This document shows positions 12,031 through 25,131 of a stretch of 64,000 nt of DNA, piece after piece. How positions within the stretch are numbered: position 1 is the first letter of the stretch; each line of letters opens with the position of its first letter. The notes under the pieces were generated by a model, which was not told where the DNA came from, did no database searches, and worked only from the letters and a program-made list of their open reading frames with translations. Position numbers and translations under genes: made by a program. Source of the DNA: Eledone cirrhosa (Eukaryota); NCBI GenBank assembly GCA_964016885.1, contig OZ024744.1, forward strand, positions 117,366,001-117,430,000. Reading direction: 5' to 3'.

Positions 12031-15000
12031 TACAGGGACTGGTGACAACTACAGGGACTGGTGACAACTACAGGGACTGGTGACAGCTACAGGGACTGGT
12101 GACAGTTACAGGGACTGGTGACAGCTACAGGGACTGGTGACAACTACAGGGACTGGTGACAACTACAGGGACTGGTGACAGCTACAGGGACTGGTGACAG
12201 CTACAGGGACTGGTGACAACAACAGGGACTGGTGACAACTACAGGGACTGGTGACAACTACAGGGACTGGTGACAACTACAGGGACTGGTGACAACAACA
12301 GGGACTGGTGACAGCTACAGGGACTGGTGACAACAACAGGGACTGGTGACAACTACAGAGACTGGTGACAGCTACAGGGACTGGTGACAACTACAGGGAC
12401 TGGTGACAACTACAGGGACTGGTGACAACAACAGGGACTGGTGACAACTACAGAGACTGGTGACAACTACAGGGACTGGTGACAACTACAGGGACTGGTG
12501 ACAACTACAGGGACTGGTGACAACTACAGGGACTGGTGACAACAACAGGGACTGGTGACAACTACAGGGACTGGTGACAACAACAGGGACTGGTGACAAC
12601 TACAGGGACTGGTGACAACTACAGGGACTGGTGACAAGAGCAGGGACTGGTGACAACAACAGGGACTGGTGACAACTACAGGGACTGGTGACAACAACAG
12701 GGACTGGTGACAACTACAGGGACTGGTGACAACTACAGGGACTGGTGACAACTACAGGGACTGGTGACAACTACAGGGACTGGTGACAAGAACAGGGACT
12801 GGTGACAACAACAGGGACTGGTGACAACTACAGGGACTGGTGACAACAACAGGGACTGGTGACAACAACAGGGACTGGTGACAGCTACAGGGACTGGTGA
12901 CAACTACAGGGACTGGTGACAACTACAGGGACTGGTGACAACTACAGGGACTGGTGACAACTACAGGGACTGGTGACAACTACAGGGACTGGTGACAACT
13001 ACAGGGACTGGTGACAACTACAGGGACTGGTGACAACTACAGGGACTGGTGACAAGAACAGGGACTGGTGACAACAACAGGGACTGGTGACAACTACAGG
13101 GACTGGTGACAACAACAACAAGGACTGGTGACAACTACAGGGACTGGTGACAACTACAGGGACAGGTGACAACTACAGGGACTGGTGACAACTACAGGGA
13201 CTGGTGACAACTACAGGGACTGGTGACAACAACAGGGACTGGTGACAACAACAGGGACTGGTGACAACTACAGGGACTGGTGACAACAACAGGGACTGGT
13301 GACAACTACAGGGACTGGTGACAACTACAGGGACTGGTGACAACTACAGGGACTGGTGACAACTACAGGGACTGGTGACAGCTACAGGGACTGGTGACAA
13401 CTACATGGACTGGTGAAAACAACAGGGACTGGTGACAACAACAGGGACTGGTGACAACTACAGGGACTGGTGACAACAACAGGGACTGGTGACAGCTACA
13501 GGGACTGGTGACAACTACATGGACTGGTGAAAACAACAGGGACTGGTGACAACAACAGGGACTGGTGACAACTACAGGGACTGGTGACAACAACAGGGAC
13601 TGGTGACAACTACAGGGACTGGTGACAGCTACAGGGACTGGTGACAACAACAGGGACTGGTGACAACTACAGGGACTGGTGACAACTACAGGGACTGGTG
13701 ACAGCTACAGGGACTGGTGACAACTACAGGGACTGGTGACAACTACAGGGACTGGTGACAGCTACAGGGACTGGTGACAACTACAGGGACTGGTGACAAC
13801 TACAGGGACTGGTGACAGCTACAGGGACTGGTGACAACAACAGGGGCTGGTGACAACTACATGGACTGGTGAAAACAACAGGGACTGGTGACAACAACAG
13901 GGACTGGTGACAACTACAGGGACTGGTGACAACTACAGGGACTGGTGACAACTACAGGGACTGGTGACAACTACAGGGACTGGTGACAGCTACAGGGACT
14001 GGTGACAACAACAACAAGGACTGGTGACAACTACAGGGACTGGTGACAACTACAGGGACAGGTGACAACTACAGGGACTGGTGACAACTACAGGGACTGG
14101 TGACAACTACAGGGACTGGTGACAACAACAGGGACTGGTGACAACAACAGGGACTGGTGACAACTACAGGGACTGGTGACAACAACAGGGACTGGTGACA
14201 ACTACAGGGACTGGTGACAACTACAGGGACTGGTGACAAGAGCAGGGACTGGTGACAACTACAGGGACTGGTGACAACTACAGGGACTGGTGACAACTAC
14301 AGGGACTGGTGACAACTACAGGGACTGGTGACAACTACAGGGACTGGTGACAACTACAGGGACTGGTGACAACTACAGGGACTGGTGACAGCTACAGGGA
14401 CTGGTGACAACTACAGGGACTGGTGACAACTACAGGGACTGGTGACAGCTACAGGGACTGGTGACAACTACAGGGACTGGTGACAGCTACAGGGACTGGT
14501 GACAACAACAGGGACTGGTGACAACTACAGGGACTGGTGACAACTACAGGGACTGGTGACAGCTACAGGGACTGGTGACAACTACAGGGACTGGTGACAA
14601 CTACAGGGACTGGTGACAGCTACAGGGACTGGTGACAACTACAGGGACTGGTGACAACTACAGGGACTGGTGACAGCTACAGGGACTGGTGACAACAACA
14701 GGGGCTGGTGACAACTACATGGACTGGTGACAACAACAGGGACTGGTGACAACAACAGGGACTGGTGACAACTACAGGGACTGGTGACAACTACAGGGAC
14801 TGGTGACAACTATAGGGACTGGTGACAACTACAGGGACTGGTGACAGCTACAGGGACTGGTGACAACTACAGGGACTGGTGACAGCTACAGGGACTGGTG
14901 ACAAGAACAGGGACTGGTGACAACAACAGGGACTGGTGACAACTACAGGGACTGGTGACAACAACAACAAGGACTGGTGACAACTACAGGGACTGGTGAC

Positions 15001-17729
15001 AACTACAGGGACTGGTGACAGCTACAGGGACTGGTGACAACTACAGGGACTGGTGACAACTACAGGGACTGGTGACAACTACAGGGACTGGTGACAACAA
15101 CAGGGACTGGTGACAACTACAGGGACTGGTGACAACAACAGGGGCTGGTGACAACTACAGGGACTGGTGACAACAACAGGGACTGGTGACAGCTACAGGG
15201 ACTGGTGACAACTACAGGGACTGGTGACAACTACAGGGACTGGTGACAACTACATGGACTGGTGACAACTACAGGGACTGGTGACAACTACATGGACTGG
15301 TGACAACAACAGGGACTGGTGACAGCTACAGGGACTGGTGACAACAACAGGGACTGGTGACAACTACAGGGACTGGTGACAACTACAGGGACTGGTGACA
15401 ACAACAGGGACTGGTGACAACTACAGGGACTGGTGACAACTACAGGGACTGGTGACAACTACAGGGACTGGTGACAACTACAGGGACTGGTGACAACTAC
15501 AGGGACTGGTGACAACTACATGGACTGGTGACAACAACAGGGACTGGTGACAGCTACAGGGACTGGTGACAACAACAGGGACTGGTGACAACTACAGGGA
15601 CTGGTGACAACTACAGGGACTGGTGACAACAACAGGGACTGGTGACAACTACAGGGACTGGTGACAGCTACAGGGACTGGTGACAACTACAGGGACTGGT
15701 GACAACAACAGGGACTGGTGACAACAACAGGGACTGGTGACAACAACAGGGACTGGTGACAACTACAGGGACTGGTGACAGCTACAGGGACTGGTGACAA
15801 CTACAGGGACTGGTGACAACAACAGGGACTGGTGACAACAACAGGGACTGGTGACAACAACAGGGACTGGTGACAACTACAGGGACTGGTGACAGCTACA
15901 GGGACTGGTGACAACTACAGGGACTGGTGACAACAACAGGGACTGGTGACAACTACAGGGACTGGTGACAACAACAGGGACTGGTGACAACTACAGGGAC
16001 TGGTGACAACTACAGGGACTGGTGACAACTACAGGGACTGGTGACAGCTACAGGGACTGGTGACAACTACAGGGACTGGTGACAACTACAGGGACTGGTG
16101 ACAACTACAGGGACTGGTGACAACAACAGGGACTGGTGACAACAACAGGGACTGGTGACAACTACAGGGACTGGTGACAACAACAGGGACTGGTGACAGC
16201 TACAGGGCTGGTGACAACAACAGGGACTGGTGACAACAACAGGGACTGGTGACAACTACAGGGACTGGTGACAACTACAGGGACTGGTGACAACAACAGG
16301 GACTGGTGACAACTACAGGGACTGGTGACAACTACAGGGACTGGTGACAGCTACAGGGACTGGTGACAACTACAGGGACTGGTGACAACTACAGGGACTG
16401 GTGACAACTACAGGGACTGGTGACAACTACAGGGACTGGTGACAACTACAGGGACTGGTGACAACTACAGGGACTGGTGACAGCTACAGGGACTGGTGAC
16501 AACTACAGGGACTGGTGACAACTACAGGGACTGGTGACAACTACAGGGACTGGTGACAACAACAGGGACTGGTGACAACTACAGGGACTGGTGACAACTA
16601 CAGGGACTGGTGACAACTACAGGGACTGGTGACAACAACAGGGACTGGTGACAACTACAGGGACTGGTGACAACTACAGGGACTGGTGACAGCTACAGGG
16701 ACTGGTGACAACTACAGGGACTGGTGACAACTACAGGGACTGGTGACAACAACAGGGACTGGTGACAACAACAGGGACTGGTGACAACTACAGGGACTGG
16801 TGACAACTACAGGGACTGGTGACAGCTACAGGGACTGGTGACAACAACAGGGACTGGTGACAACTACAGGGACTGGTGACAACTACAGGGACTGGTGACA
16901 ACTACAGGGACTGGTGACAACTACAGGGACTGGTGACAGCTACAGGGACTGGTGACAACAACAGGGACTGGTGACAACAACAACAAGGACTGGTGACAAC
17001 TACAGGGACTGGTGACAACTACAGGGACTGGTGACAACTACAGGGACTGGTGACAACAACAACAAGGACTGGTGACAACTACAGGGACTGGTGACAACTA
17101 CAGGGACTGGTGACAGCTACAGGGACTGGTGACAACTACAGGGACTGGTGACAACTACAGGGACTGGTGACAACTACAGGGACTGGTGACAACTACAGGG
17201 ACTGGTGACAACTACAGGGACTGGTGACAACAACAGGGACTGGTGACAACAACAACAAGGACTGGTGACAACTACAGGGACTGGTGACAACTACAGGGAC
17301 TGGTGACAACTACAGGGACTGGTGACAACAACAACAAGGACTGGTGACAACTACAGGGACTGGTGACAACTACAGGGACTGGTGACAGCTACAGGGACTG
17401 GTGACAACAACAACAAGGACTGGTGACAACTACAGGGACTGGTGACAACTACAGGGACTGGTGACAACAACAACGGGGACTGGTGACAACAACAACAGGG
17501 ACTGGTGACAACAACAACAGGGACTGGTGACAACTACAGGGACTGGTGACAACTACAGGGACTGGTGACAACAACAGGGACTGGTGACAACAACAACAGG
17601 GACTGGTGACAACTACACAGGGACTGGTGACAACTACAGGGACTGGTGACAACAACAGGGACTGGTGACAACAACAACAGGGACTGGTGACAACTACACA
17701 GGGACTGGTGACAGCAACAACAACAACAG
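12031..17729. repeat. 19-bp satellite, ~5.7 kb (~300 copies)
   Basis: Unit gggactggtgacaactaca with agc/aac variants. CAA-extended 22-bp variants become more frequent at the 3' end. Confidence 0.97.
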
Positions 17730-18227
17730 GTAAAGTGATATATAATTAATCTCAGGTTTAGAATAATCGGCCCCCACATCCTGCTTATTTTTCAGATATT
17801 TGTCCATACCTCCCCCCTGCTATTATACCCCTACCCCCAACCTATTAAATTATTTTAAGTGGTACCATTGCTCTAACAATTTTCTTTAGACATTAGAAAA
17901 GATTATACATGACAAACAAATACATTACTAGAAATCCCATGTTATAAAATATATATGATGGGTTGTGGTCTCAGTATGTAAACTAAACGTCTAATTCTGG
18001 TTTAAAAAAAAACAACAGAGACAACCTAGAAAATATTACTGATTTTCCAATCCCCACCCCACATTTCAATTTACATCCATTTGGGACCCGAGTGTACAAG
18101 TACAGTGTGTGATATAACAAGTAATATTCTAATTAGTACAGGTAGAAAATATAAGATTTATTGAACAGGTATTCAAGAAAAACTACTAATTTATTTTCAA
18201 TACTTTTTAATCTCATTCACTCTCTCT

Positions 18228-18307
18228 CATATATATATATACATACATACATATATATCTATATACATACATATATATCTATATACATACATACATATAT
18301 ATCTATA

Positions 18308-18363
<56 letters not shown>

Positions 18364-18425
18364 CATACATATATATCTATATATATATGTATATATATAT
18401 ATGTATATATATATATATCTATATC

Positions 18426-18459
<34 letters not shown>

Positions 18460-18777
18460 CATACATACATATATATATCTATATACATACATATATATAT
18501 ATATATACATACATACATATATATCTATATACATACATATATATATATCTATATACATACATACATACATACATATATATCTCTATATATATATACATAC
18601 ATACATACATATATATCTATATACATATATATATATCTATCTATATACATACATACATATATATCTATATATATATACATACATACATACATATATATCT
18701 ATATACATACATATATATTTATATACATACATATATATCTATAATCGTATGTATATCTATATATATCTATATATATA
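18228..18777. repeat. Compound (TA)n/(TACA)n/(TATC) microsatellite
   Basis: Direct inspection. Confidence 0.95.
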
Positions 18778-19269
18778 AAGTTCTATTCCTGTCTGTCTGT
18801 TTGTGTGTTTGTTTTTTCACGAACTCCTCCTATGGTTTTGGAGATAGACCCCTATAACCATATATATTCTGAAACTACATTGCCCGGGGTACTTGGATAA
18901 GTATATTTCATTTTAATTAAAGGCTTCCTCGGTGGCACAAACCACTGCTGAAAATGTTTTCCCTTCGATTTATATGAAATTTAAACCATAGGTAAATGAC
19001 AAGATTTTACACAAAAATGAAATGATCAAGTTTTGAATTGATATTTTGAAAAAAATTATTTACAAGAAATAAAATAAGAATAAGATTTAATAATGTAATT
19101 TTGATTTGATATATTACAAAAAATAAAGTTTTCCAATTTTTCATGCATTACATTTTACATTGAGTAATATTGAAATGCAGAGTTTTTCTCCATAAATTAT
19201 ATCACTGTTTTAAAATCAATCATCATTTTCTTACAAAAAAAATGTGTGAAACGCAGCAAGGCGCAGTAT
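18766..19269 (+). mobile_element. Possible non-autonomous Helitron-like element
   Basis: Starts TCtatatatataaag, followed by a (ctgt)n/(gtgt) tract. Ends in a GC-rich gaaacgcagcaaggcgcag segment. No intact terminal CTAG seen. Confidence 0.35.
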
Positions 19270-19446
19270 ATATATATATATATATATACTGCGCCTTGCT
19301 GCGTTTCCCTCATCAGTTATATATATATATATACTGCGTTTCCCTCATCAGTATATATATATATATATATATATATATACTGATGAGGGGACTCATTTTA
19401 TAACATGTTATCCATGTGCAACCATGCAGTATTCTTCTCCCCATTT

Positions 19447-19494
<48 letters not shown>

Positions 19495-19730
19495 CGAAGG
19501 AAATGTGGTAAGGAACCAGGTGGACCATAACGCACCAAAGTACTCAATACTTGAGGTAGTAGAGTGGGTAATAGGAACCAGTAAGACCCCAACAGGAGCT
19601 CAGCTGTCGGGGTCTTACTGGTTCCTATATATATATATATATATATACATTATTCCGGGTTGAGTCGGAGGTAACCACAGTAAGTAGGGTTCTCAATACA
19701 TTGCAGAGTATAAAAGTTTTAATATAGATG

Positions 19731-19781
19731 AAATTCTACAGGACTAGAACTGTTTCATTCTTTAGAAATCATCAGAAATCT
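19731..19781 (-). ncRNA. Type I hammerhead ribozyme motif (inverted-arm copy)
   Basis: Reverse complement reads agattt-CTGATGA-tttctaaagaat-GAAACAGttctagtcCTGTA-gaattt. The differences from the + copy give G.U pairs in stem I. Confidence 0.72.
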
Positions 19782-20281
19782 GGGTATCAAAAAATAATAA
19801 GTATGGTATTTATAGGTCTCTTCAGGTGGTAGGAGAGGGTAGGGAGTGAGATGGGTGTAGGTCATTGGTTGATAGAAAAGGGAATTCATTAAAAGCTAAT
19901 TCTTCAAAGCTATAGTTTATATTTAGAGTAACAAAGGCAGAAAGAATTCTATAAACAAGTTCAGAATGGGGTGCCACTCCTTATTTTTAAGTTTCTCTTA
20001 AGCTAACAATGCCTAGATATCAGGTGTCTATAAGGTCATTGGGGTCAGTCATGACTGACCCCCAATGACCTTATAGACACCTGATATCTAGGCATTGTTA
20101 GCTTAAGAGAAACGAATTCTTTCTGCCTTTGTTACTCTAAATATAAACTATAGCTTTGAAGAATTAGCTTTTAATGAATTCCCTTTTCTATCAACCAATG
20201 ACCTACACCCATCTCACTCCCTACCCTCTCCCACCACCTGAAGAGACCTATAAATACCATACTTATTATTTTTTGATACCC

Positions 20282-20332
20282 AGATTCCTGATGATTTCTA
20301 AAGAATGAAACAGTTCTAGTCCTGTAGAATCT
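20282..20332 (+). ncRNA. Type I hammerhead ribozyme motif
   Basis: agattc-CTGATGA-t ttc taaa gaa t-GAAACAG ttctagtc CTGTA-gaatct. 6-bp stem I, canonical core, GUA cleavage site. Confidence 0.8.
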
Positions 20333-20347
20333 CATCTATATTAAAAC

Positions 20348-20378
<31 letters not shown>

Positions 20379-20462
20379 ATTCGAAAAAAGATAGAAGAAT
20401 TACTTCACTGTTGGTTGATGTTCGTAAATAATTTGAGTCTTTGCAATTAGTCATTATTGATA

Positions 20463-20648
20463 GTGGATTGGCAGTATCGATAGAGGGTCGGACGCCATGC
20501 TTTCCAGCATAGTTACGTCCCTTTACGATCTGAGTTCAAATCCCGCCGAGGTTGACTTTGCCTTTCATCCTTACGGGGTCGATAAAATAAAGTACCAGTA
20601 ATGCACTGGGTAATTGCTGGCCTTGTGCCTAAAGTAGAAACAATTATT
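20463..20648 (+). mobile_element. SINE family A
   Basis: Near-full copy. attattgata is duplicated at both flanks. Confidence 0.85.
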
Positions 20649-21404
20649 GATATTAGATCTACTATATATTTATATAGATAGATATCACCATCATTTAATG
20701 TCCATTTTTGCTGCTACCAAAAGTATATAAGTACTCAATACAAGGGATAGATTATATTTAATCTACCATCCTACCATTTTGATACCAAATTGTCTGAAAA
20801 CACCATTGCTTCTCTGATTAAAAATTATTTCAAATTATTTCAAAATTATTTCAAAGTGTTTGTTAAGTTATGTTCCAAACACCCCTGGTTCTATCATACA
20901 AAACTGTTTATGTTAAAGTGTTTATATTTATCTTAAAACCTTCCATCATAATTTTATCTAAGAACCTTTGTTAAGTTATGTTCAAAAACACCCCTGGTTC
21001 TATCATACAAAACTGTTTATGTAAGAACCTTTGTTAAGTTATGTTCCAAATATTACATATTTGAGATATATCCTGCTAAATCATTTCAGGATGTTAAGAG
21101 GTAACACTACAAATTGTCACAACAATCTGTCCACTTGTAAAAATACTACAAACATTTGAATTAACCTGTTTTTATATATTTTCTGCTAAATCATTACAGG
21201 ATTTACTATTAAAACATGTTATGGTTACCTAATAGAATTTATATCAAAAGCACAACCAAAATAAAAAAATTGGTAAATTGATTCCAAGTTGTGTGAAATT
21301 GAGACAGGAATATATCAGAAATGTTATTTATTTAAAGTATCTGAGACTTGCTAATTAGAACCAACAAAAATAACAGACATACACACAAACACATATATAT
21401 TTAT

Positions 21405-21437
<33 letters not shown>

Positions 21438-21519
21438 CACATATACATATGTGTGTGTGTGTGTATACATATTTGTGTGTGTGTATGTATGTATGTGTAT
21501 ATGTATGCATATATATATG

Positions 21520-21560
<41 letters not shown>

Positions 21561-21846
21561 TTAAGGATACTATTTATGGTTATGTATATTTTAAACTTTT
21601 TATATTTATGTATATTTTAAACTATAAACAGGTAAGGTGAGTAATTTATTACTACCTTATTACCAGTAAGATAAATAGCTCAATGTAAGAACATCAGTTG
21701 TTCTACAGAGCAGTTATATAGCTTTGATTCTTGTGAATTCTCTTTATATATATACGTATGAATGTATATGTGTATGTATATATATATAGTTGTAATAAAA
21801 TGAAAACGAAATTTCATTTCTCACTCTTAGTACGGCACTTACTTAA

Positions 21847-21904
21847 ATGTAAGTATGTATGTATACGTACATACATATATGTATACAGATGTACAGTAGC
21901 ATGC

Positions 21905-21935
<31 letters not shown>

Positions 21936-22415
21936 TATACATACAGGTACACATACATATATGTACGTATCAGTTTAGCGGACGCTTATTATAACGCCGC
22001 TTTGTTCGTTTGTAAACAAACTGAACAGCCTGAATTTTATGCCGTACGGTTTGTAAACAAACTGAACAGCCTGAATTTTATGCCATACGGTGTTAAGGCA
22101 ACCACGTCACCTTTTTGTTCAACACTGACACAGGAACGATGTACTAGTTTCAAGCTTGTTAGCTATCATCAGCACCGTATACCCTTCTGCCAGATAGTTG
22201 AACGTTCGAAAGTATATACTTTCCTTATGAAAATTAACGGCGGAGCATAAATTCAGGCTGTTCAGTTTGTTTACAAACGAACAAAGCGGGCGCTATAATA
22301 AGCGTCCGCTAAACTGATACGTACATATATGTATGTGTACCTGTATGTATATATATATATATGCATGCTACTGTACGTCTGTATACATATATGTATGTAC
22401 GTATACATACATACT

Positions 22416-22420
<5 letters not shown>
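21847..22420. mobile_element. Fold-back/MITE-like element with ~180-200 bp inverted arms
   Basis: 21847-22042 is the reverse complement of 22245-22420 (e.g. cagtttagcggacgcttattata / tataataagcgtccgctaaactg). ~200 bp spacer with a ~40-bp internal duplication. Confidence 0.75.
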
Positions 22421-22461
<41 letters not shown>

Positions 22462-22686
22462 CTGATCAGTGGATCTGCTAACATGCAGATCTAACTCATC
22501 AGCCAGTCTGCTAATATGCAAACCAGGCCGATCAGTGACTGTGTATTTTTGAAAATAGCATATATTATTTATACCTCTATAGTTTCCTCTATCTAGTGCA
22601 TCACTTTTACCTTTGTAGCAGTTGACAATGATGCTACTGCACCAATCTTTTGGTATGATACCTTCTAGTATTACCTATATATATAT

Positions 22687-22819
22687 ATATTTATTAAAAT
22701 AACAGATTAAAGTTTAAGCAAAGAATCGCTGCTTTCACCCTTAACGGGATCTTAGATCCCGTTAAGGGTGAAAGGAGCGATTCTTTGCTTAAACTTTAAT
22801 CTGTTATTTTAATAAATAT
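22687..22819. repeat. 66-bp-arm near-perfect palindrome (1-nt loop)
   Basis: ...ttcacccttaacgggatct-t-agatcccgttaagggtgaaa..., centred on 22753, one mismatch. Confidence 0.9.
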
Positions 22820-23073
22820 TTGCTCTACGGTTCTTATATATTTGATATATATTTATCCTTATCGAGCCCTCTTTGGATTTTAGTCTTCAATTTTATTATT
22901 ATTACTATATATATATATATATATTTATATATTTATATCTGTATTTTTAACCGTTGGTCAATCAATGATAAACATTGATTGCCAAATAAATTAACTATGG
23001 AGATATAAAAGATACAGAAGCGAAAACCAACCCAAACCAAACAGTGATTGTGTTCTGTTATTATTTCTGGCAA

Positions 23074-23258
23074 GGGCGGTGGATTGGCAGTATCGATAGA
23101 GGGTCGGACACCATGCTTTCCAGCATAGTTACGTCCCTTTACGATCTGAGTTCAAATCCCGCCGAGGTTGACTTTGCCTTTCATCCTTACGGGGTCGATA
23201 AAATAAAGTACCAGTAATGCACTGGGTAATTGCTGGCCTTGTGCCTAAAGTAGAAACA
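23074..23258 (+). mobile_element. SINE family A, full length, 17-bp TSD
   Basis: gttattatttctggcaa at 23057-23073 and 23259-23275. Confidence 0.9.
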
Positions 23259-23596
23259 GTTATTATTTCTGGCAATATTATAACAATATATATTTATATA
23301 TATAATAAAATTAGAATTTAGCTTTAAGCATAGCTGTATACAGATATGTATTGGAATTTCTTATTTCTAAAGAAATACGGTATGTTTATTTAGAAAGCCA
23401 TAGCTATGCAAAAACACCAGCAGCTATCGCCACCTGGCAGTGTCCAGCAGAAGCAAGGGGGACAATCGTTGATGCATTTCGAACTGAACTGGTATCAGGA
23501 CAATACCACCCACTCTTGCAATTATTGGACTTTGAAAACTGGCAAGAATATATATATATTTCTGTGTGTGTGTATGTATCTATATATATATGTACA

Positions 23597-23835
23597 GACA
23601 ACAAAAAGGCACCCAGTCCACACTGTAAAATGGTCATGTAGGTGTCATGGTCAAAAGCACCCAGCACTCACTGTAAATGAGGTGGTGTTGGGAAGGGTAT
23701 CCAGCTGTAGAAACCAAGCCAGACTTAGTTCTGTATGAGAAAGACATGGGTACCTGACTTGGCATTACCCACAACAGGACAACCTGTCTAACCCATGCTA
23801 GCTTGGAAGAATGGACGTAAAACGGTGATGATGAG
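23597..23835 (+). mobile_element. SINE family B-related 3' portion with a duplicated 48-bp segment
   Basis: aaaggcacccagtccacactgtaaa...aaagcacccagcactcactgtaaatgagg...ccagctgtagaaacc...(tga)n. Confidence 0.7.
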
Positions 23836-23930
23836 GTTTCAGGAGACTAGATGGTCTTAACAGAAACATCTAGCTCTGTACTATACATAGAACACTCTTC
23901 TTTCCTTTACCTTTTCCAAAGAAATACTTA

Positions 23931-23979
<49 letters not shown>

Positions 23980-23990
23980 ATATATATGAA

Positions 23991-25131
23991 ATATATGAAA
24001 TATAAGAATCAAAGAACTGTTCAAAACATTATTGTGCTTACAGCTGTTTCCTCCAAACCGAGGTTTGGATTCTTCGGAGCAATTTATTAATGAATGGACA
24101 GTTATATGACCTCCTTTTCAGCCAAGAGACATACCGATACATATGCAAATATTGTGGGTCAACATTCATTACAGAATTTAGAGTGGCAGTACACACTTCG
24201 AGATTACATTCATATTAAAAGGTACAATCAAAAAATCAAAAATACAGGTTAAAATACAACATGAAGATAAGCGGTTATATAGTGCAAATGTTATATGTGT
24301 GGCAAGCACGTGCGTCTTGTTTATATAGTGTGGCAGAGAGATACGTGTAGTAGAGGCACTTAGGTAGGTAAACAAGAGTGTTAGGTTGGTTGGTCTGGTG
24401 GCAAATTCTTTATATGATTGATATAGTCTGTGTGTGGAGAAATGATTTAAGCATTAAACATATTAAAAGTACTTTTAATATTTTTAATGCTTGCACTATT
24501 TTTAATGCTTATATCATTTCTCCACACACAGACTATAACAATCATATAAAGAATTTGCCACCAGACCAACCAACCTAACACTCTTGTTTACCTACCTAAG
24601 TGCCTCTACTACACGTATCTCTCTGCCACACTATATAAACAAGACGCACGTGCTTGCCACACATATAACATTTGCACTATATAACCGCTTATCTTCATGT
24701 TGTATTTTAACCTGTATTTTTGATTTTTTGATTGTACCTTTTAATATGAATGTAATCTCGAAGTGTGTACTGCCACTCTAAATTCTGTAATGAATGTTGA
24801 CCCACAATATTTGCATATGTATCGGTATGTCTCTTGGCTGAAAAGGAGGTCATATAACTGTCCATTCATTAATAAATTGCTCCGAAGAATCCAAACCTCG
24901 GTTTGGAGGAAACAGCTGTAAGCACAATAATGTTTTGAACAGTTCTTTGATTCTTATATTTCATATAACTGCTCTGTAAATCATCTGATGTTTTTGCATT
25001 GAGCTACTTAACTTACTGGTAATAAGGTAGTAATACATTACTGCCTACCACTATTTAGGGTTTGTATAAAAAATACATATAACTGCATAAGGTTTTTGTA
25101 TTTACATAACCATAAATAGTATAATTAATAC

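Larger units (their letters stand above)
19655..20348. mobile_element. Fold-back (palindromic) non-coding PLE-like element with a hammerhead on each arm
   Basis: Arms 19715-20051 and 20052-20348 are reverse complements with no spacer (gtcagtca|tgactgac). The left arm has ~40 extra bp. A homologous solo copy lies at ~7330-7590. Flanked by (TA)n. Confidence 0.8.

Noticed and set aside
12031-17729. CRISPR-like array (also considered for the 29-, 33- and 34-bp arrays)
   Set aside because: Head-to-tail monomers with no unique spacers, no cas genes, and a eukaryotic context.
23351-23550. Possible exon or transposase fragment (VYLESHSYAKTPAAI...)
   Set aside because: No convincing splice sites or family motif that I can recognise; left uncalled.
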